A stretch of DNA of 64,000 bases from Nannocystales bacterium (GCA_050633305.1 JBOEGF010000007.1:224001-288000), one strand, 5' to 3'; positions 35,377 through 50,140 are shown, counted from the stretch's first letter. The notes: generated from the sequence alone by a model not told the origin. Made by a program: numbers and translations.

Positions 35377-36045
35377 ATGCCTGCCATCTTCCCTCGCTGG
35401 ACGAACACTCTCCCAGTCGTACTCGGACTGATCGCTCCCATTCTCGGAGCCGGCGCCATCTTCACGGTTTGGTACTGGTTCTCACCGCAATACACCGACG
35501 TCGGCTATCAGCCGGCTCAACCGGTGCCGTACAGCCACAAGCTGCACGCGGGTGAGATGGGGATGGACTGTCGCTACTGCCACAACACTGTGGAAACTGC
35601 GGCCGTTGCGGCGATCCCGCCCACGCAAACCTGCATGAACTGCCACGACGGTCTCGTGCAGACGACGAACCCTGGCGGCCCCTACGAGGGCCGGATCGCC
35701 AACCTCAAGAAAAGCTGGGAGACCGGCGAGGCTGTCGAATGGGTTCGCGTCCACATGCTTCCGGACTACGCGTACTTCAACCACTCGCCGCACGTGGCGG
35801 CAGGGGTTGGCTGCGCGAGCTGTCACGGGCGTGTCGACCAGATGGTCGTCGTCTCGCAGGACCAACCACTTTCCATGGGCTGGTGCCTGGATTGCCACCG
35901 CAATCCCAAGCCCAACCTCCGCCCGCTCGACCAGGTCACGAACATGAACTGGAACTCGGACGCAGAAAACTACGATCCGGACCGCGACCCCGAGCGCAAG
36001 CGCAAGGTCAACCCGCCGGTCCACTGCTCGGGATGTCACCGATAG
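35377..36045 (+). CDS. actA: Alternative complex III pentaheme cytochrome c subunit
   Basis: N-terminal TM; QPVPYSHKLH; five CxxCH (CRYCH, CMNCH, CASCH, CLDCH, CSGCH). Confidence 0.93.
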   Translation: MPAIFPRWTNTLPVVLGLIAPILGAGAIFTVWYWFSPQYTDVGYQPAQPVPYSHKLHAGEMGMDCRYCHNTVETAAVAAIPPTQTCMNCHDGLVQTTNPGGPYEGRIANLKKSWETGEAVEWVRVHMLPDYAYFNHSPHVAAGVGCASCHGRVDQMVVVSQDQPLSMGWCLDCHRNPKPNLRPLDQVTNMNWNSDAENYDPDRDPERKRKVNPPVHCSGCHR

Positions 36046-36064
36046 TCCCCGAGGGGTTTTACCG

Positions 36065-39000
36065 ATGAAGAAGCTCAACGTCGTCAATGGCAAGGCCGCC
36101 CCGCAGCGCCTCGGCCCCATCCAACCCCAGGGTGAGGTGGCCAACCGAGTCGTGCAGCGTGGGTCGCAGTTCTGGCGGAGCCTTCAGGGCCGTTCAGAAA
36201 GCCCGCAGGAAAAAGATGCTCACGCCGACACGTGGAAGGAGTTCCCCGAGGGAGCCGAAGAGCTGGAGATCCCAGCCGACGGTGTCTCTCGCCGGAACTT
36301 CTTCGGCCTGATCGGTTCGGGCGCAGCGCTGGCAGGGGTCTCGATGACCACCACCGGCTGCATCCGCAAGCCGCAGGAAAACATCCTTCCGTTCAAGACG
36401 CGCCCCGAGGATGTCATCCCGGGCAAGCCGATGTTCTACGCGTCGGCCTTTGCGCTCGGCGGGTCGGTCGAGGGCGTCGTGGTCGAGAGCCACGACGGCC
36501 GTCCGATCAAACTCGAAGGCAACGGAAACCACTCCGGCTCGGGCGGAGCCACCTCGCTGTACGCACAGGCGTCGATCCTGGATCTCTACGATCCGGACCG
36601 CAGCCGGATGCCCATGAAGGACGGCGAGATCAGCGACTGGAGCGCGGCGCGAGCCGGCCTCACGACGCTGCTCGACGGAAAGAGCAAGGCAAAGGGCGCG
36701 GGCTTGGCGTTTGTCGTTCGCGACATGCCTTCGCCGACCAACCGCAGCTTGCTCGCCAGCATGAAGCAGCGGTACCCGCAGGCGCGATTCTTCGACGGCG
36801 ATTCGCTGCGCAACGCGCAATCGGTCGCGGTTGCGGAAATGCTCGCCGGCGACGGCGCTCGGTTCCGTTACTCGCTCGAGGGAGCCAAGGTCATCGCATC
36901 GTTCGATGCCGACTTCCTGGGTTCTAACTTCGAAGACGGCAACCGACTCTCGCGAGAGTGGTCGGGCACCCGCCAGGTCGTCGGTCCCACTGACCCGATG
37001 TCCCGGCTGTACGTCTTCGAGCCGCACCTGAGCAACACCGGCATGATGGCCGACCACCGGGCACGCATCCGCGGCAGCCAGGTGGGCGACGCGCTCATCG
37101 CACTCGCCAAGGCCCTCATGGGTGGCAAGTACGACGCGGTCAAGGCACCCCCGGGCTTCTCGGTCGACGCGCTCCCCGCCGTCCAACTCGACGAGGGCAC
37201 CCAGGCCGTCGTCGAGGTGTTGGCGCAAGACCTTGCGGAGGCCGTCGAGAACGACCGCTGCAAAGAAGCGGCGGCTGCGGCGGCTGCCGGGGCAAAGCCC
37301 TCGCGATACCGTCCGCTCTGCAAGTCTGCCGTCATGGTCGGCGAACGTCAGCCCATGTGGGTCCACGCCCTCGCGGCTGCGATCAACTCGGCTGTCCGCA
37401 ACACCGGCACCATGGTGCGCTGGCGGTTCGACCGCTCGGCCGTCCCGCTGGAGACGCTCACCGCGCTCTCCGAGGGACTCGGCAAGGACATCGACACGGT
37501 CGTCTGCGTCGACACCAACCCGGCATACGACGGGCTCTCCGACCACGGATTGGCTGAGAAGCTGACCGCGGCGACAACGATCCACCTCGGCCTGTACCGA
37601 GACGAGACGGGCGCGCTCGCCAACTGGCACCTGCCCATCTCCCACTTCCTCGAGGCCTGGGGCGACGCGGAAAGCACGGATGGGACCATCGCCATCGTGC
37701 AGCCGCTCATCGATCCGCTGCACGACACGTACAGCGACACCGAGCTGCTCCATCTGATTGCCACGGGCAAGCTCGACCGCGGAAGCGCGGTCCTGAAGAA
37801 GTTCTGGAAAGGCCAGCTCGGTCCCAGCTTCTCCGACAAGACATGGCGCCGCTGGCTCCACGACGGCGTCGTCACCGGAGCACCGCGCGAGGTCAACATC
37901 CCGCCGCTCTCCAACTGGGAGAAGATCCCGCCGGCTGTCACCGAAGGGCGCAAGCCGGTCGAGGGGATGGAGATCAACTTCCACCTCGACCCGACGCTTG
38001 CCGACGGTCGCTACGGAAACAACGCGTGGCTTCAAGAGCTGCCGCATCCGGTCTCCAAGCTCGCTTGGGACAACGCGGCGTACGTCTCGCCTGGGACCGC
38101 GAACAAGCTTGGCGTTGCCAACGAAGACTTGGTCACCGTCACGGTGACCGGGGGCGGTTCGATGGAACTCCCCATCTTCATCATGCCGGGCCAGGCGACC
38201 GACACCGTGTCGATCAACATCGGCAGCGGCCGCACGGTCGTCCGCTGGGATGGCGACGAGGGCGTGGTCTCCAAGGGCGCCGGCTTCAATGCCAATGTCG
38301 CGCGGAGCTCGGCCTCGGCTTGGATCGCAGGCGGAACGCTCGCGAAGGCCAGCGGAACCTACGCCCTGGCCAACACTCAGGATTACGGCTCGCTCAAGCC
38401 GCCTGCGTACCTCAACAACTTCAAGGAGCGCCCCATCGTGCTCGAGGCCACCACGGAGGAGTTCAGCGCCGAGCCGAACTTCGTCGAGAAGGCCAACTTG
38501 ATGGACGAGGAGCGCCTCCGCCACCTGTGGGAGCCTCCGAAGCTCACGGGCAAGCAACAGTGGGGCATGAGCGTCGACCTCAACACGTGCACCGGCTGCC
38601 TGAGCTGTGTGGTCGCGTGTCAGGCCGAGAACAACATCGCCGTCGTCGGCAAGGAGCAGGTCATCAACGGCCGCGAGCTCCACTGGATTCGACTCGACCG
38701 CTACTACCGCGCGGTCGACCCCAAGACCCGTCACGACGAGTCCTGGGAGAACATCGACGACGTCGAGGCTGCGATCCAGCCCATGTTCTGCCAGCACTGC
38801 GAGTCGGCTCCCTGTGAGTCGGTCTGCCCGGTTGCCGCCACCGTCCACAGCCCCGAGGGGCTCAACGACATGGTCTACAACCGCTGCATTGGCACGCGGT
38901 ACTGCTCGAACAACTGCCCGTACAAAGTGCGGCGGTACAACTTCTTCAACTACAACCTCGGCCTGCGACCCGGCGACTGGAAGATCTATCGCCAGGACGA

Positions 39001-39465
39001 CCAGACCCGAAAAGGCCTGGAGCGCGAGGACGCCTGGCTTCGCCAGATGCAGAAGAACCCGGACGTCACCGTCCGCTTCCGCGGCATCATGGAGAAGTGC
39101 ACGTACTGCGTGCAGCGCATCAACGCGCAGAAGATCGAAGCCCATGTGGCCGGCAAGGATGTCGTCGAAGACGGCAAGATCCTCACCGCCTGTCAGCAGG
39201 TCTGCCCGACCGGCGCCATGGTCTTCGGAGACATCCACGACCCCGACAGTGCAGTGAGCAAGGCGAAGCGTTCGCCTCGCAACTACGCGGTGTTGCGTGA
39301 CCTCAACACGCAGCCCCGGACCACGTACCTCGCTCGCATCCGCAACCCGCACCCGACGCTGGGCGCGATTCGCAAGAAGGCCGAGCAGGACTTCGCAGCC
39401 TCTCAAGGCGAGACCCCCGCGAGCAGCGATGCCGCAGCGGCCGAGCAGACTGGGGAGCATCACTA

Positions 39466-39466
<1 letters not shown>
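36065..39466 (+). CDS. actB: Alternative complex III subunit B (molybdopterin-oxidoreductase-like + Fe-S domain, Tat signal)
   Basis: FWRSL; SRRNFF Tat motif followed by [80 protein letters not shown]. Confidence 0.93.
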
Positions 39467-41236
<1,770 letters not shown>

Positions 41237-41244
<8 letters not shown>

Positions 41245-41776
41245 GCGCCCCAAAAGCTTCGGTCTTCTGGCCGAATACGAAACTCCGCATGACCTGTATC
41301 ACGCGTGTGAGCAGGTCCGAGACGCCGGCTACGCTGCCTGGGACGCCTACACCCCGTTCCCGGTTCACGGGCTCGAGAAGGCGATGGGCCTTCGCGCGTC
41401 GCTCGTGCCTTGGATCGTCTGTGTGATGGGCTTCTCCGGTGCTGCACTCGGCTTCTTGATGCAGTACTGGATGTCCGCGGTGGACTATCCGCTGATCATC
41501 GCCGCCAAGCCGATGAACAGCTACCCGGCATTCGTGCCCGTCACCTTCGAGCCCGGCATTCTGCTCGGTTCGTTCGGGGCGGTGTTCGGAATGCTGGGGC
41601 TCAACAAGCTCCCGCAGCTGTATCACTCGCTCTTCAACTCGAAGAACTTCGCTCGGGTCACGGACGACCGCTTCTTCATCGCGATCGAAGCGCGCGACCC
41701 CCGGTACCACACCGACGACACGACCAAGTTTCTCGAAGAAACCGGCGCCGTGAGTGTCGAGGAGGTCGAGGAGTAG
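41237..41776 (+). CDS. actD: Alternative complex III subunit D (DUF3341)
   Basis: [34 protein letters not shown]. Confidence 0.9.
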
Positions 41777-41778
41777 AG

Positions 41779-42453
41779 ATGTCTTTCATGCATCGATCTT
41801 TCGTAGCCTTCGCGCTGGTCGGCCTTGCAGGCTGTTGGGGCAACTACTCCGATTCGCCTCCTGTCCACCTCCAGCAGAACATGGACCTGCAGGAGCGGGG
41901 CGAGGCTCAAGAGCGCAACCAGTTCTTCGACGACGGTCGTGTGATGCGGACTCCGCCCACCGGCACCGTCGCGGTCGGCTTCCTCAAGGATGACGACCAC
42001 CTCTGGAGAGGCATCGACGACCAGGGCAAGCTCGCGGCAACACTGCCTGAAGGCATGACGCTCAACGCCGAGCTCCTCGCGCGTGGCGAGGACCGCTACA
42101 ACATCTACTGCGCGCCATGCCATGGCGAGCAGGGCCGCGGCGATGGCATGGCCAACCGTCGTGTGGCGGATGGCTTCGCGCAGGCCCCCGCCAACTTCCA
42201 CGACGAGCAGTACCAACCGGCACCGCTCGGCTACCTCTTCAAAGTCGGCTCCGAGGGCTACGGCGTGATGAAGGGCTACACGGCCCAGATCCCCGACCCC
42301 AAGGACCGCTGGGCAATCGCTGCCTGGGTCCGCGTGCTTCAGGTGTCGCACCGTTCCAACAAGGCCGAGGTCCAGAAGCAGTTGGCCCAGGCCGGCAACG
42401 CACCCGCCAAAGCCCAAGGCAAGACTCAAGCCAGGAACGGAGCCGCAAAATGA
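41779..42453 (+). CDS. actE: Alternative complex III monoheme cytochrome c lipoprotein
   Basis: Lipobox LAGC; MR.PP.GTVA; RYNIYCAPCHG; G.M.GY; DRWAIAAWVRVLQ. Confidence 0.9.
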   Translation: MSFMHRSFVAFALVGLAGCWGNYSDSPPVHLQQNMDLQERGEAQERNQFFDDGRVMRTPPTGTVAVGFLKDDDHLWRGIDDQGKLAATLPEGMTLNAELLARGEDRYNIYCAPCHGEQGRGDGMANRRVADGFAQAPANFHDEQYQPAPLGYLFKVGSEGYGVMKGYTAQIPDPKDRWAIAAWVRVLQVSHRSNKAEVQKQLAQAGNAPAKAQGKTQARNGAAK

Positions 42454-43691
42454 GCGCTCACGACGAACCAGTTGTCCGCCCCGAACAGGTGAACATCTCC
42501 GGCAGCTCCATGTGGAAGAAGCTTCCCATGATCGCTGGCGTGATCGGGATCCTCGCCCTCGCAGGTGCCTTCGGGATGAAGGGGGAGCACGACGAAGGCT
42601 TCTACTTCTCGTACCTGACCTCCACCATGTTCTGGCTCGCGCTGAGCCTCGGTGGGCTGTTCTTCGTGCTGGTGCAGCACGCGGCCCGAGCGGGCTGGTC
42701 GATCGTCGTCCGACGAATCGCCGAGAACATGGCGCTGACGTTGCCGATGATGGGGCTGCTGATCCTGCCCGTCATCTTCCTGGGCGCGCATGACCTGTTC
42801 CACTGGACGCACACCGAGGTCGTCTCCTCGGACCCGATGCTCTCGTGGAAGGAGCCGTTCCTCAACGAGAGCAGCTTCCAAGTCCGGGCGTTCATCTACA
42901 TCGCCGTCTGGTCGATCTTCGGCATCTTCTACTGGCGCACATCGACGTCGCAAGACGACGCGAGCGGGAAGGCCGTCGAAGAGAAGAGCCACAAGATGCG
43001 CTGGGCCGCCCCGCTGGGCATCGCGGTCTTCGCTCTGTCGCTGACGTTCTCGGCCTTCGACTGGCTGATGTCGCTCGACCCGCACTGGTTCTCGACCATC
43101 TTCGGCGCGTACTACTTCGCGGGCGCAGTGGTCTCGACCCACGCCTTCATCGCACTGCTCGTCATCCTCTTGCACCGCAGCGGCTACCTCCGCGGCGTGG
43201 TCACGAAGGAGCACTTCCACGACCTGGGCAAGATGATGTTCGGATTCACGGTGTTCTGGGCGTACATGGCGTTCTCCCAGTACATGCTCATCTGGTACGC
43301 GACCATTCCTGAGGAGACCGAATGGTTCAGCTACCGCGGAGCAGGGGACTACCTCGCGCTCTCGATCGTCCTGGCGTTCGCTCGCTTCGTGTTCCCGTTC
43401 CTCGGGCTCATCTCGCGACACATCAAGCGCAACCCCAAGACGCTCGCGTTCTGGGCAGTGTGGATTCTGATCGCAGAGTTCATCGACATGTTCTGGCTGA
43501 TCGACCCCGTGGGCCCGCACAACGCTGGCAACCATCACCCCTCGATCGAGTTCGGGCTGGTGGACATCCTCTGCTTCGTCGGTATCGGTGGCCTGTGGCT
43601 CGCCGTGATGACCTGGGGGCTGTCGCGCAAAGCGCTCGTCCCCGTCAAAGATCCCCGACTCGCTGAGTCGGTTCACTTTGAGAACTTCTAA
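42450..43691 (+). CDS. actF: Alternative complex III subunit F
   Basis: Polytopic; AGWS...RR, LFHW, FDWLMSLDPHWFSTIFG, HDLGK..F.F..FWAY..FSQY.LIWY..IPEE. Confidence 0.9.
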   Translation: MSAHDEPVVRPEQVNISGSSMWKKLPMIAGVIGILALAGAFGMKGEHDEGFYFSYLTSTMFWLALSLGGLFFVLVQHAARAGWSIVVRRIAENMALTLPMMGLLILPVIFLGAHDLFHWTHTEVVSSDPMLSWKEPFLNESSFQVRAFIYIAVWSIFGIFYWRTSTSQDDASGKAVEEKSHKMRWAAPLGIAVFALSLTFSAFDWLMSLDPHWFSTIFGAYYFAGAVVSTHAFIALLVILLHRSGYLRGVVTKEHFHDLGKMMFGFTVFWAYMAFSQYMLIWYATIPEETEWFSYRGAGDYLALSIVLAFARFVFPFLGLISRHIKRNPKTLAFWAVWILIAEFIDMFWLIDPVGPHNAGNHHPSIEFGLVDILCFVGIGGLWLAVMTWGLSRKALVPVKDPRLAESVHFENF

Positions 43692-43716
43692 GGCCACTTC
43701 CTGAGCGAGTTCCGAT

Positions 43717-44928
43717 ATGAGCGAAGAACACGGACACAACGACGGAGCCCATGAGATCGACAACATGCCCGCAGGGCGTCTTGTCACGATTCTCACGATC
43801 CTGGGCTCCCTGACTCTCGGGCTGTGCTTCGGCGTCATCCAGCTGTTCAACGAGCAGGTGCGCCAGATTCAGGGCGAGCGAGCCGAAGGCGGGAATGCCT
43901 CCGAGCTGGCGTACGCCGCCGAGATGGCTGCGATCGCGGACGGGTACGGCCAGTACGAGATCGTCAAGCCGGTCGGTGAGGGCAAGCCGGACAAGGTGAC
44001 GACCCGCTACTTCATGCCGGTGGGCAAGGCCTCACAGCAGATTCTCGACAACCCGGCTCTGCTTGCCGGTCAGCGCCCGGCGAAGGATTGGGCGGGGACC
44101 GGCACGGGCAAGAAGGTTCAGGAGTGGGGCGGCTTGCCCAGCGTCACCCCGAAGAAGCCCGACGCCAAGGCCCTGGGCGACGTCAAGAAGGCCGCCGACA
44201 AGAAGGGCCCTCGCGAGCACCGCTTCTCGTTCGCGATCAGTGGCGAGGATCTCGTGCTCCTCGGCGAGGTGCCGTCCGAGGCCGACAGCAAGGCGCTCGA
44301 GGGCGCTGCCAAGAAGACCCGCTTCGGCGACAAGGTGCGCAACAAGCTCAAGGTCACCAACGCACCGGGCAAGCCCGGGTTCGACAGCGCCTACAAGCGG
44401 GCGTTGGCGGCGGTGGCTCTGATGAGCTCGGGGAACGCCAAGTTCACGGCCGGCAAACTCTCGATGACCGGGTTTGTCCCGGATGCGAACAAAGCCAAGT
44501 TCGACGAGCTCTCGCAGGCTGCAGGTGGACCGCCGATGGGGAAAATCGAGGTCGCCAGCACCGAACTCGCCGACGACTGCGACAAGAAGTTCGCCAAGGC
44601 GTTGAAGCGGCCAATCCGTTTCGGAACCGCGAGCGCCGACATCGACGAGAAGTCGATGAAGACCCTCGACAAGCTGGCGGCGATCGCCAAGGAATGCCCC
44701 GGACGTTTTGTGGTCGAGGGCCACAGCGACAACGAGGGCATGCCCGACGCCAACAAGCAGCTCAGCCTTCAGCGCGCCAACGCCGTGTCTGCATCGCTGC
44801 AGGAAAAAGGTGTTGAGAAGAAGCGCCTGCGGGCAAAGGGCTACGGCCAAGAGCGCCCGCTCGTTCCCAACGACAACGATGCCGGTCGGAAGAAGAACCG
44901 TCGCATCGAAATCCACATCGCCCGCTAG
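43717..44928 (+). CDS. ActG-position membrane protein fused to BON-like and OmpA-like peptidoglycan-binding domains
   Basis: Single N-terminal TM; YG.Y...RYFMPVGKA; LVLLGEVPS...VRNKLKV (BON-like); IRF...SA.I, VEGHSD, N..LS.QRA..V, GYGQERP, NRRIE (OmpA_C). Confidence 0.8.
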   Translation: MSEEHGHNDGAHEIDNMPAGRLVTILTILGSLTLGLCFGVIQLFNEQVRQIQGERAEGGNASELAYAAEMAAIADGYGQYEIVKPVGEGKPDKVTTRYFMPVGKASQQILDNPALLAGQRPAKDWAGTGTGKKVQEWGGLPSVTPKKPDAKALGDVKKAADKKGPREHRFSFAISGEDLVLLGEVPSEADSKALEGAAKKTRFGDKVRNKLKVTNAPGKPGFDSAYKRALAAVALMSSGNAKFTAGKLSMTGFVPDANKAKFDELSQAAGGPPMGKIEVASTELADDCDKKFAKALKRPIRFGTASADIDEKSMKTLDKLAAIAKECPGRFVVEGHSDNEGMPDANKQLSLQRANAVSASLQEKGVEKKRLRAKGYGQERPLVPNDNDAGRKKNRRIEIHIAR

Positions 44929-44955
44929 TCACCGTCTCTGCCGGACCCCTTCGTC

Positions 44956-45885
44956 ATGCCCCGTCTCTTCGACAGCCTGCTGACCCGCCTCGCGGGGATC
45001 GTGTTCGCGTTTGCGTTCGCGACCCTTCCGGCGTGGGCCCAGGCCGAGCCAGCGCAACCGCTGTCTCCGGAGATGCGGGCGATCGAGGTCTCGGAGCACA
45101 AGGGGTCGAAGATCGATCCCGAGCTTTCCTTCGTCGACCACACTGGAAAGTCTGTCACCCTCGGGGACTACCTCGACGGCGATCGGCCGGTCCTGCTCAC
45201 GCTGAACTACTTCCGCTGTCGTGTGGTGTGCAGCGTTCAGCTCAACGGCCTCGCCGATGCGTTGGCGGAGCTCGACTGGACCGCGGGGGACGGCAACTTC
45301 CGCATCGTCACCGTCTCGATCGATCCCAACGAGACCCCCGCGGATGCTCGTAAGAAGCGGGACACGATTCTCGCTGCCGTCGACAAGGGTGACGACGTCG
45401 ACTGGCAGTTTCTGACCGGTTCGTCGATCCAGATCCGGGCGCTGTCCGAGCAGCTCGGTATCAGCTACGCCTACGACGCCGAGCAGGACCAGTACGCACA
45501 CCCTGCGGTGGCGATGTTCTTGTCCCCCGAGGGCAAGATCGCTCAGTACCTCTACGGTCTCACCTTCATCCCGCGGGATGTGAAGTTCGCGCTCATCGAG
45601 GCGAGCGAAGGTAAGATCGGTTCTCCCATGGAGCAGCTCTACCTGAGCTGTTTCGCCTACGATCCCACGATTGGGCGGTATGGCCCGTTCGCGTTCGGCA
45701 TGGTCCGACTCGGCGGCGTGCTCACCGTTCTTGTGTTGGGAAGTTTCCTGTTCGTGTTGTGGCGTCGCGACCGTCGCCGCAGCGCAGAAGAATCCTCCTG
45801 GATGCAGTTGCCCTTCGTTCACGAACGAAGCGGCTCCCCTGACCCGATGGACCCCTCCAAACGAAAAGGCGAGGTAGCGAAGTGA
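44956..45885 (+). CDS. SCO family protein (ACIII/oxidase-associated)
   Basis: YFRCRVVC (CxxxC), VSIDP.ET, QYAHPA, YLYG, CFAYDP..GRY, C-terminal TM. Confidence 0.88.
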   Translation: MPRLFDSLLTRLAGIVFAFAFATLPAWAQAEPAQPLSPEMRAIEVSEHKGSKIDPELSFVDHTGKSVTLGDYLDGDRPVLLTLNYFRCRVVCSVQLNGLADALAELDWTAGDGNFRIVTVSIDPNETPADARKKRDTILAAVDKGDDVDWQFLTGSSIQIRALSEQLGISYAYDAEQDQYAHPAVAMFLSPEGKIAQYLYGLTFIPRDVKFALIEASEGKIGSPMEQLYLSCFAYDPTIGRYGPFAFGMVRLGGVLTVLVLGSFLFVLWRRDRRRSAEESSWMQLPFVHERSGSPDPMDPSKRKGEVAK

Positions 45886-46973
45886 TCCTCTCCCTATTCA
45901 CGGCACCCGAAAACGCCGCCGCACCACCCCCAGTAGAAGGCGCTGCCGACGCTGCCGCCGAAATGGCTGCTGCCGCTAGCCAAGCTCCACTTCCTCCGGT
46001 CGAGACCGCACACCCCTGGGCGATGCCCACGGCGGCGTCGACCTTTGCCGAGGATACGGACAACCTCTACTTCTTCATCACCGCGCTCGACACGCTGTTC
46101 TTCGTGTTGATCATGGGAGCGATGGGGTACTTCATGTGGAAGTACCGTCGTCGCAGCAAGGACCAGAAGACCAGTTCGATCACCCACAGCGGCGTGATCG
46201 AGTTCCTCTGGAGCGCAATCCCGACGGCGCTGCTGCTCGTGATCTTCGTCTGGGGCGAGTGCGACTTCGTGCGCCAATCGGTCGCGCCGGCCGACCCGCT
46301 GGAAGTCCGGGTGACCGGGCAGAAGTGGTACTGGACCGTCGAGTATCCGAAGTACCCCGGTGTGTCGCTCAACTCCTCCACCGAGGAGCCCGCGCTCACG
46401 TTGATGGTGCCCAAAGGCAAGCCTGTGCGGCTCACGATGACGTCCACGGATGTCATCCACTCGTTCTTCGTGCCAGCGTTCCGCGTGAAGCGTGACGTCG
46501 TGCCGGGTCGCTACACGCAGATCTGGTTCGAAGCGACGCGGATCGGCGAGTTCAACCTGTTCTGCACCGAGTACTGCGGGGACTTCCACTCGCAGATGAC
46601 TGGTGTCGTCAAAGTCCTCGAGCCCGACGACTTCGAGCGAGCATTGATCGAGGCCGGCGTGCTCACGCAGGAGGAGGGCGAGTCGATGGCTGCCTACGGC
46701 GAGCGCATCTACAAGCGCCGCGGGTGCGTGGCTTGTCACTCGGTCGACGGGACCGATGGGACGGGTCCTTCCTGGCAGGGACTCTACGGTCGTACCGAGA
46801 GCCTCTCGGACGGAAGCACGGTCAAGGCCGAGGACCAGTACATCAAGGACTCCATCTACGAGCCCAACAAGCAGGTCGTCACGGGGTTCGCCCCTCAGAT
46901 GCCGAGCTACCAGGGCCAACTCGACGACTCGCAGGTCACGGCCGTGATCGAGTACATCAAGACGCTCAAGTAG
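45882..46973 (+). CDS. coxB: Cytochrome c oxidase subunit II with fused cytochrome c (caa3-type)
   Basis: Two TMs; GQKWYW; DVIHSF; CuA motif [13 protein letters not shown]-terminal CVACH...MPSY. Confidence 0.95.
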   Translation: MILSLFTAPENAAAPPPVEGAADAAAEMAAAASQAPLPPVETAHPWAMPTAASTFAEDTDNLYFFITALDTLFFVLIMGAMGYFMWKYRRRSKDQKTSSITHSGVIEFLWSAIPTALLLVIFVWGECDFVRQSVAPADPLEVRVTGQKWYWTVEYPKYPGVSLNSSTEEPALTLMVPKGKPVRLTMTSTDVIHSFFVPAFRVKRDVVPGRYTQIWFEATRIGEFNLFCTEYCGDFHSQMTGVVKVLEPDDFERALIEAGVLTQEEGESMAAYGERIYKRRGCVACHSVDGTDGTGPSWQGLYGRTESLSDGSTVKAEDQYIKDSIYEPNKQVVTGFAPQMPSYQGQLDDSQVTAVIEYIKTLK

Positions 46974-46992
46974 CGCCCACGGAGACATCGCC

Positions 46993-48615
<1,623 letters not shown>

Positions 48616-48657
48616 CGCCTGGATTGTGAATCGAAAGACTGCAGAGGGACCTTACTG

Positions 48658-49344
48658 ATGGGTGACCACGCAAAACCGGCGAAGAACCATGCGTTCTTCC
48701 AGCACCACTTCAACACCGTCGGGCAGCAAGCCGGCGCGGCCAAGATGGGCATGTGGCTCTTCTTGGCGACCGAAGTGCTCATGTTCTCAGGCCTGTTCTT
48801 GGCCTACTTCGTCGTCCGGGCCCTGTACCCCGAGATGGTCTTGAGCTCGCACGAGCTTCTCGACAAGACGATGGGCGGCATCAACACCGTCGTGCTGCTC
48901 ACCTCGAGCTTCACGATGGCCATGGCCGTCCGCTACGCCCAGCTCGGTGACAACAAGCGCTGCGCGACGCAGCTGCTCATCACCTTGGCCTGTGCCTTCA
49001 TCTTCCTCGGCGTGAAGTACGTCGAGTACACGGGGAAGTTCTCGCACGGGATTTTCCCGGGCGGCTACTTCCACTACGACGAAGCCGCTCAGTACGCGCA
49101 CAGCCACGGACACAGCTTCCGCGGCCTGCCGCACGTCTTCTTTGGCTTGTACTTCGTGATGACGGGCCTGCACGGCGTGCACGTGCTTGCGGGTATCGGA
49201 GTCATCGTCTGGGTCTACCTTCGTGCCAAGCGGGGCGACTTCAAGGACGGCTACTACGCACCGGTCGAGAACGTGGGCCTGTACTGGCACATCGTCGACC
49301 TGGTCTGGATCTTCCTCTTCCCCCTGCTTTACCTCGTGAAATAG
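48658..49344 (+). CDS. coxC: Cytochrome c oxidase subunit III
   Basis: [50 protein letters not shown]. Confidence 0.94.
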   Translation: MGDHAKPAKNHAFFQHHFNTVGQQAGAAKMGMWLFLATEVLMFSGLFLAYFVVRALYPEMVLSSHELLDKTMGGINTVVLLTSSFTMAMAVRYAQLGDNKRCATQLLITLACAFIFLGVKYVEYTGKFSHGIFPGGYFHYDEAAQYAHSHGHSFRGLPHVFFGLYFVMTGLHGVHVLAGIGVIVWVYLRAKRGDFKDGYYAPVENVGLYWHIVDLVWIFLFPLLYLVK

Positions 49345-49353
49345 GAGAGCGAC

Positions 49354-50115
49354 GTGGCTGATAACAACGACAACAAGCTCTTCTTCGGCGGCAAAGCAGC
49401 CGACGACTTCGTCGAGTGCCACGAGCACATCTCGCCGGTCTCGATGTACCTCAAGGTCCTCGCGGCGCTATTTGTGCTGACCGGGCTCACCTACGCGGTC
49501 TCGTACGCGAACCTGGGGCCAGCATCGCTCCCGGTCGCGATGGTCGTCGCAGCCATGAAGGCCACGCTCGTGAGCGCGTTCTTCATGCACCTCATCTACG
49601 ACGACAAGTTCCACGTCTTCATCTTTGGGGCGTCGCTCTTGTTCGTGGGGATCTTCTTCACGTTCACCATCTTCGACCTTGAGTCGCGGGATCGTCTGAG
49701 CGAGGCGCAGGCCACCGACTTCCGGCGCGCCGACGGCGGCTGGGACGACATGGGTCGGATGGGCGCGGCAACCAACACCGAAGCCAGCCGGCCCGCGTGC
49801 TCCGACGGCACGGTGCCGATGTGCGACCAGACCTTCGCGGTCTGCAACGGCGAGGACGCGCATGGCGGCGAGGATTTCTTGGTCCGCCGGATCGAGAACG
49901 AGTGCTTCGTCTCCGAGATGGTCCCCTCCGTTGGCGCCGACGGAAAGCCGGTTCTCCAGGACGGCGTCGCCGTGATGGTCGATGCTGGCTGCGTGCTGCC
50001 CAAGCTGGGTTGCGTCAACCCGCACACCGCGGAAGGCCACAAGGCTTCGGCTGCCAAAGCCGCTGCGCCCGCCGAGGGCGAGGCCGCCGCGGAAGCGCCC
50101 AAGCCCGCGCACTAA
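49354..50115 (+). CDS. coxD: Cytochrome c oxidase subunit IV with Cys-rich C-terminal extension
   Basis: Y.KV..AL.VLT..T, KATLV..FFMHL; three TMs; then a ~140-aa tail containing six Cys. Confidence 0.85.
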   Translation: MADNNDNKLFFGGKAADDFVECHEHISPVSMYLKVLAALFVLTGLTYAVSYANLGPASLPVAMVVAAMKATLVSAFFMHLIYDDKFHVFIFGASLLFVGIFFTFTIFDLESRDRLSEAQATDFRRADGGWDDMGRMGAATNTEASRPACSDGTVPMCDQTFAVCNGEDAHGGEDFLVRRIENECFVSEMVPSVGADGKPVLQDGVAVMVDAGCVLPKLGCVNPHTAEGHKASAAKAAAPAEGEAAAEAPKPAH

Positions 50116-50140
50116 CACCGAGGGCCGGCCTTCGGTCACC

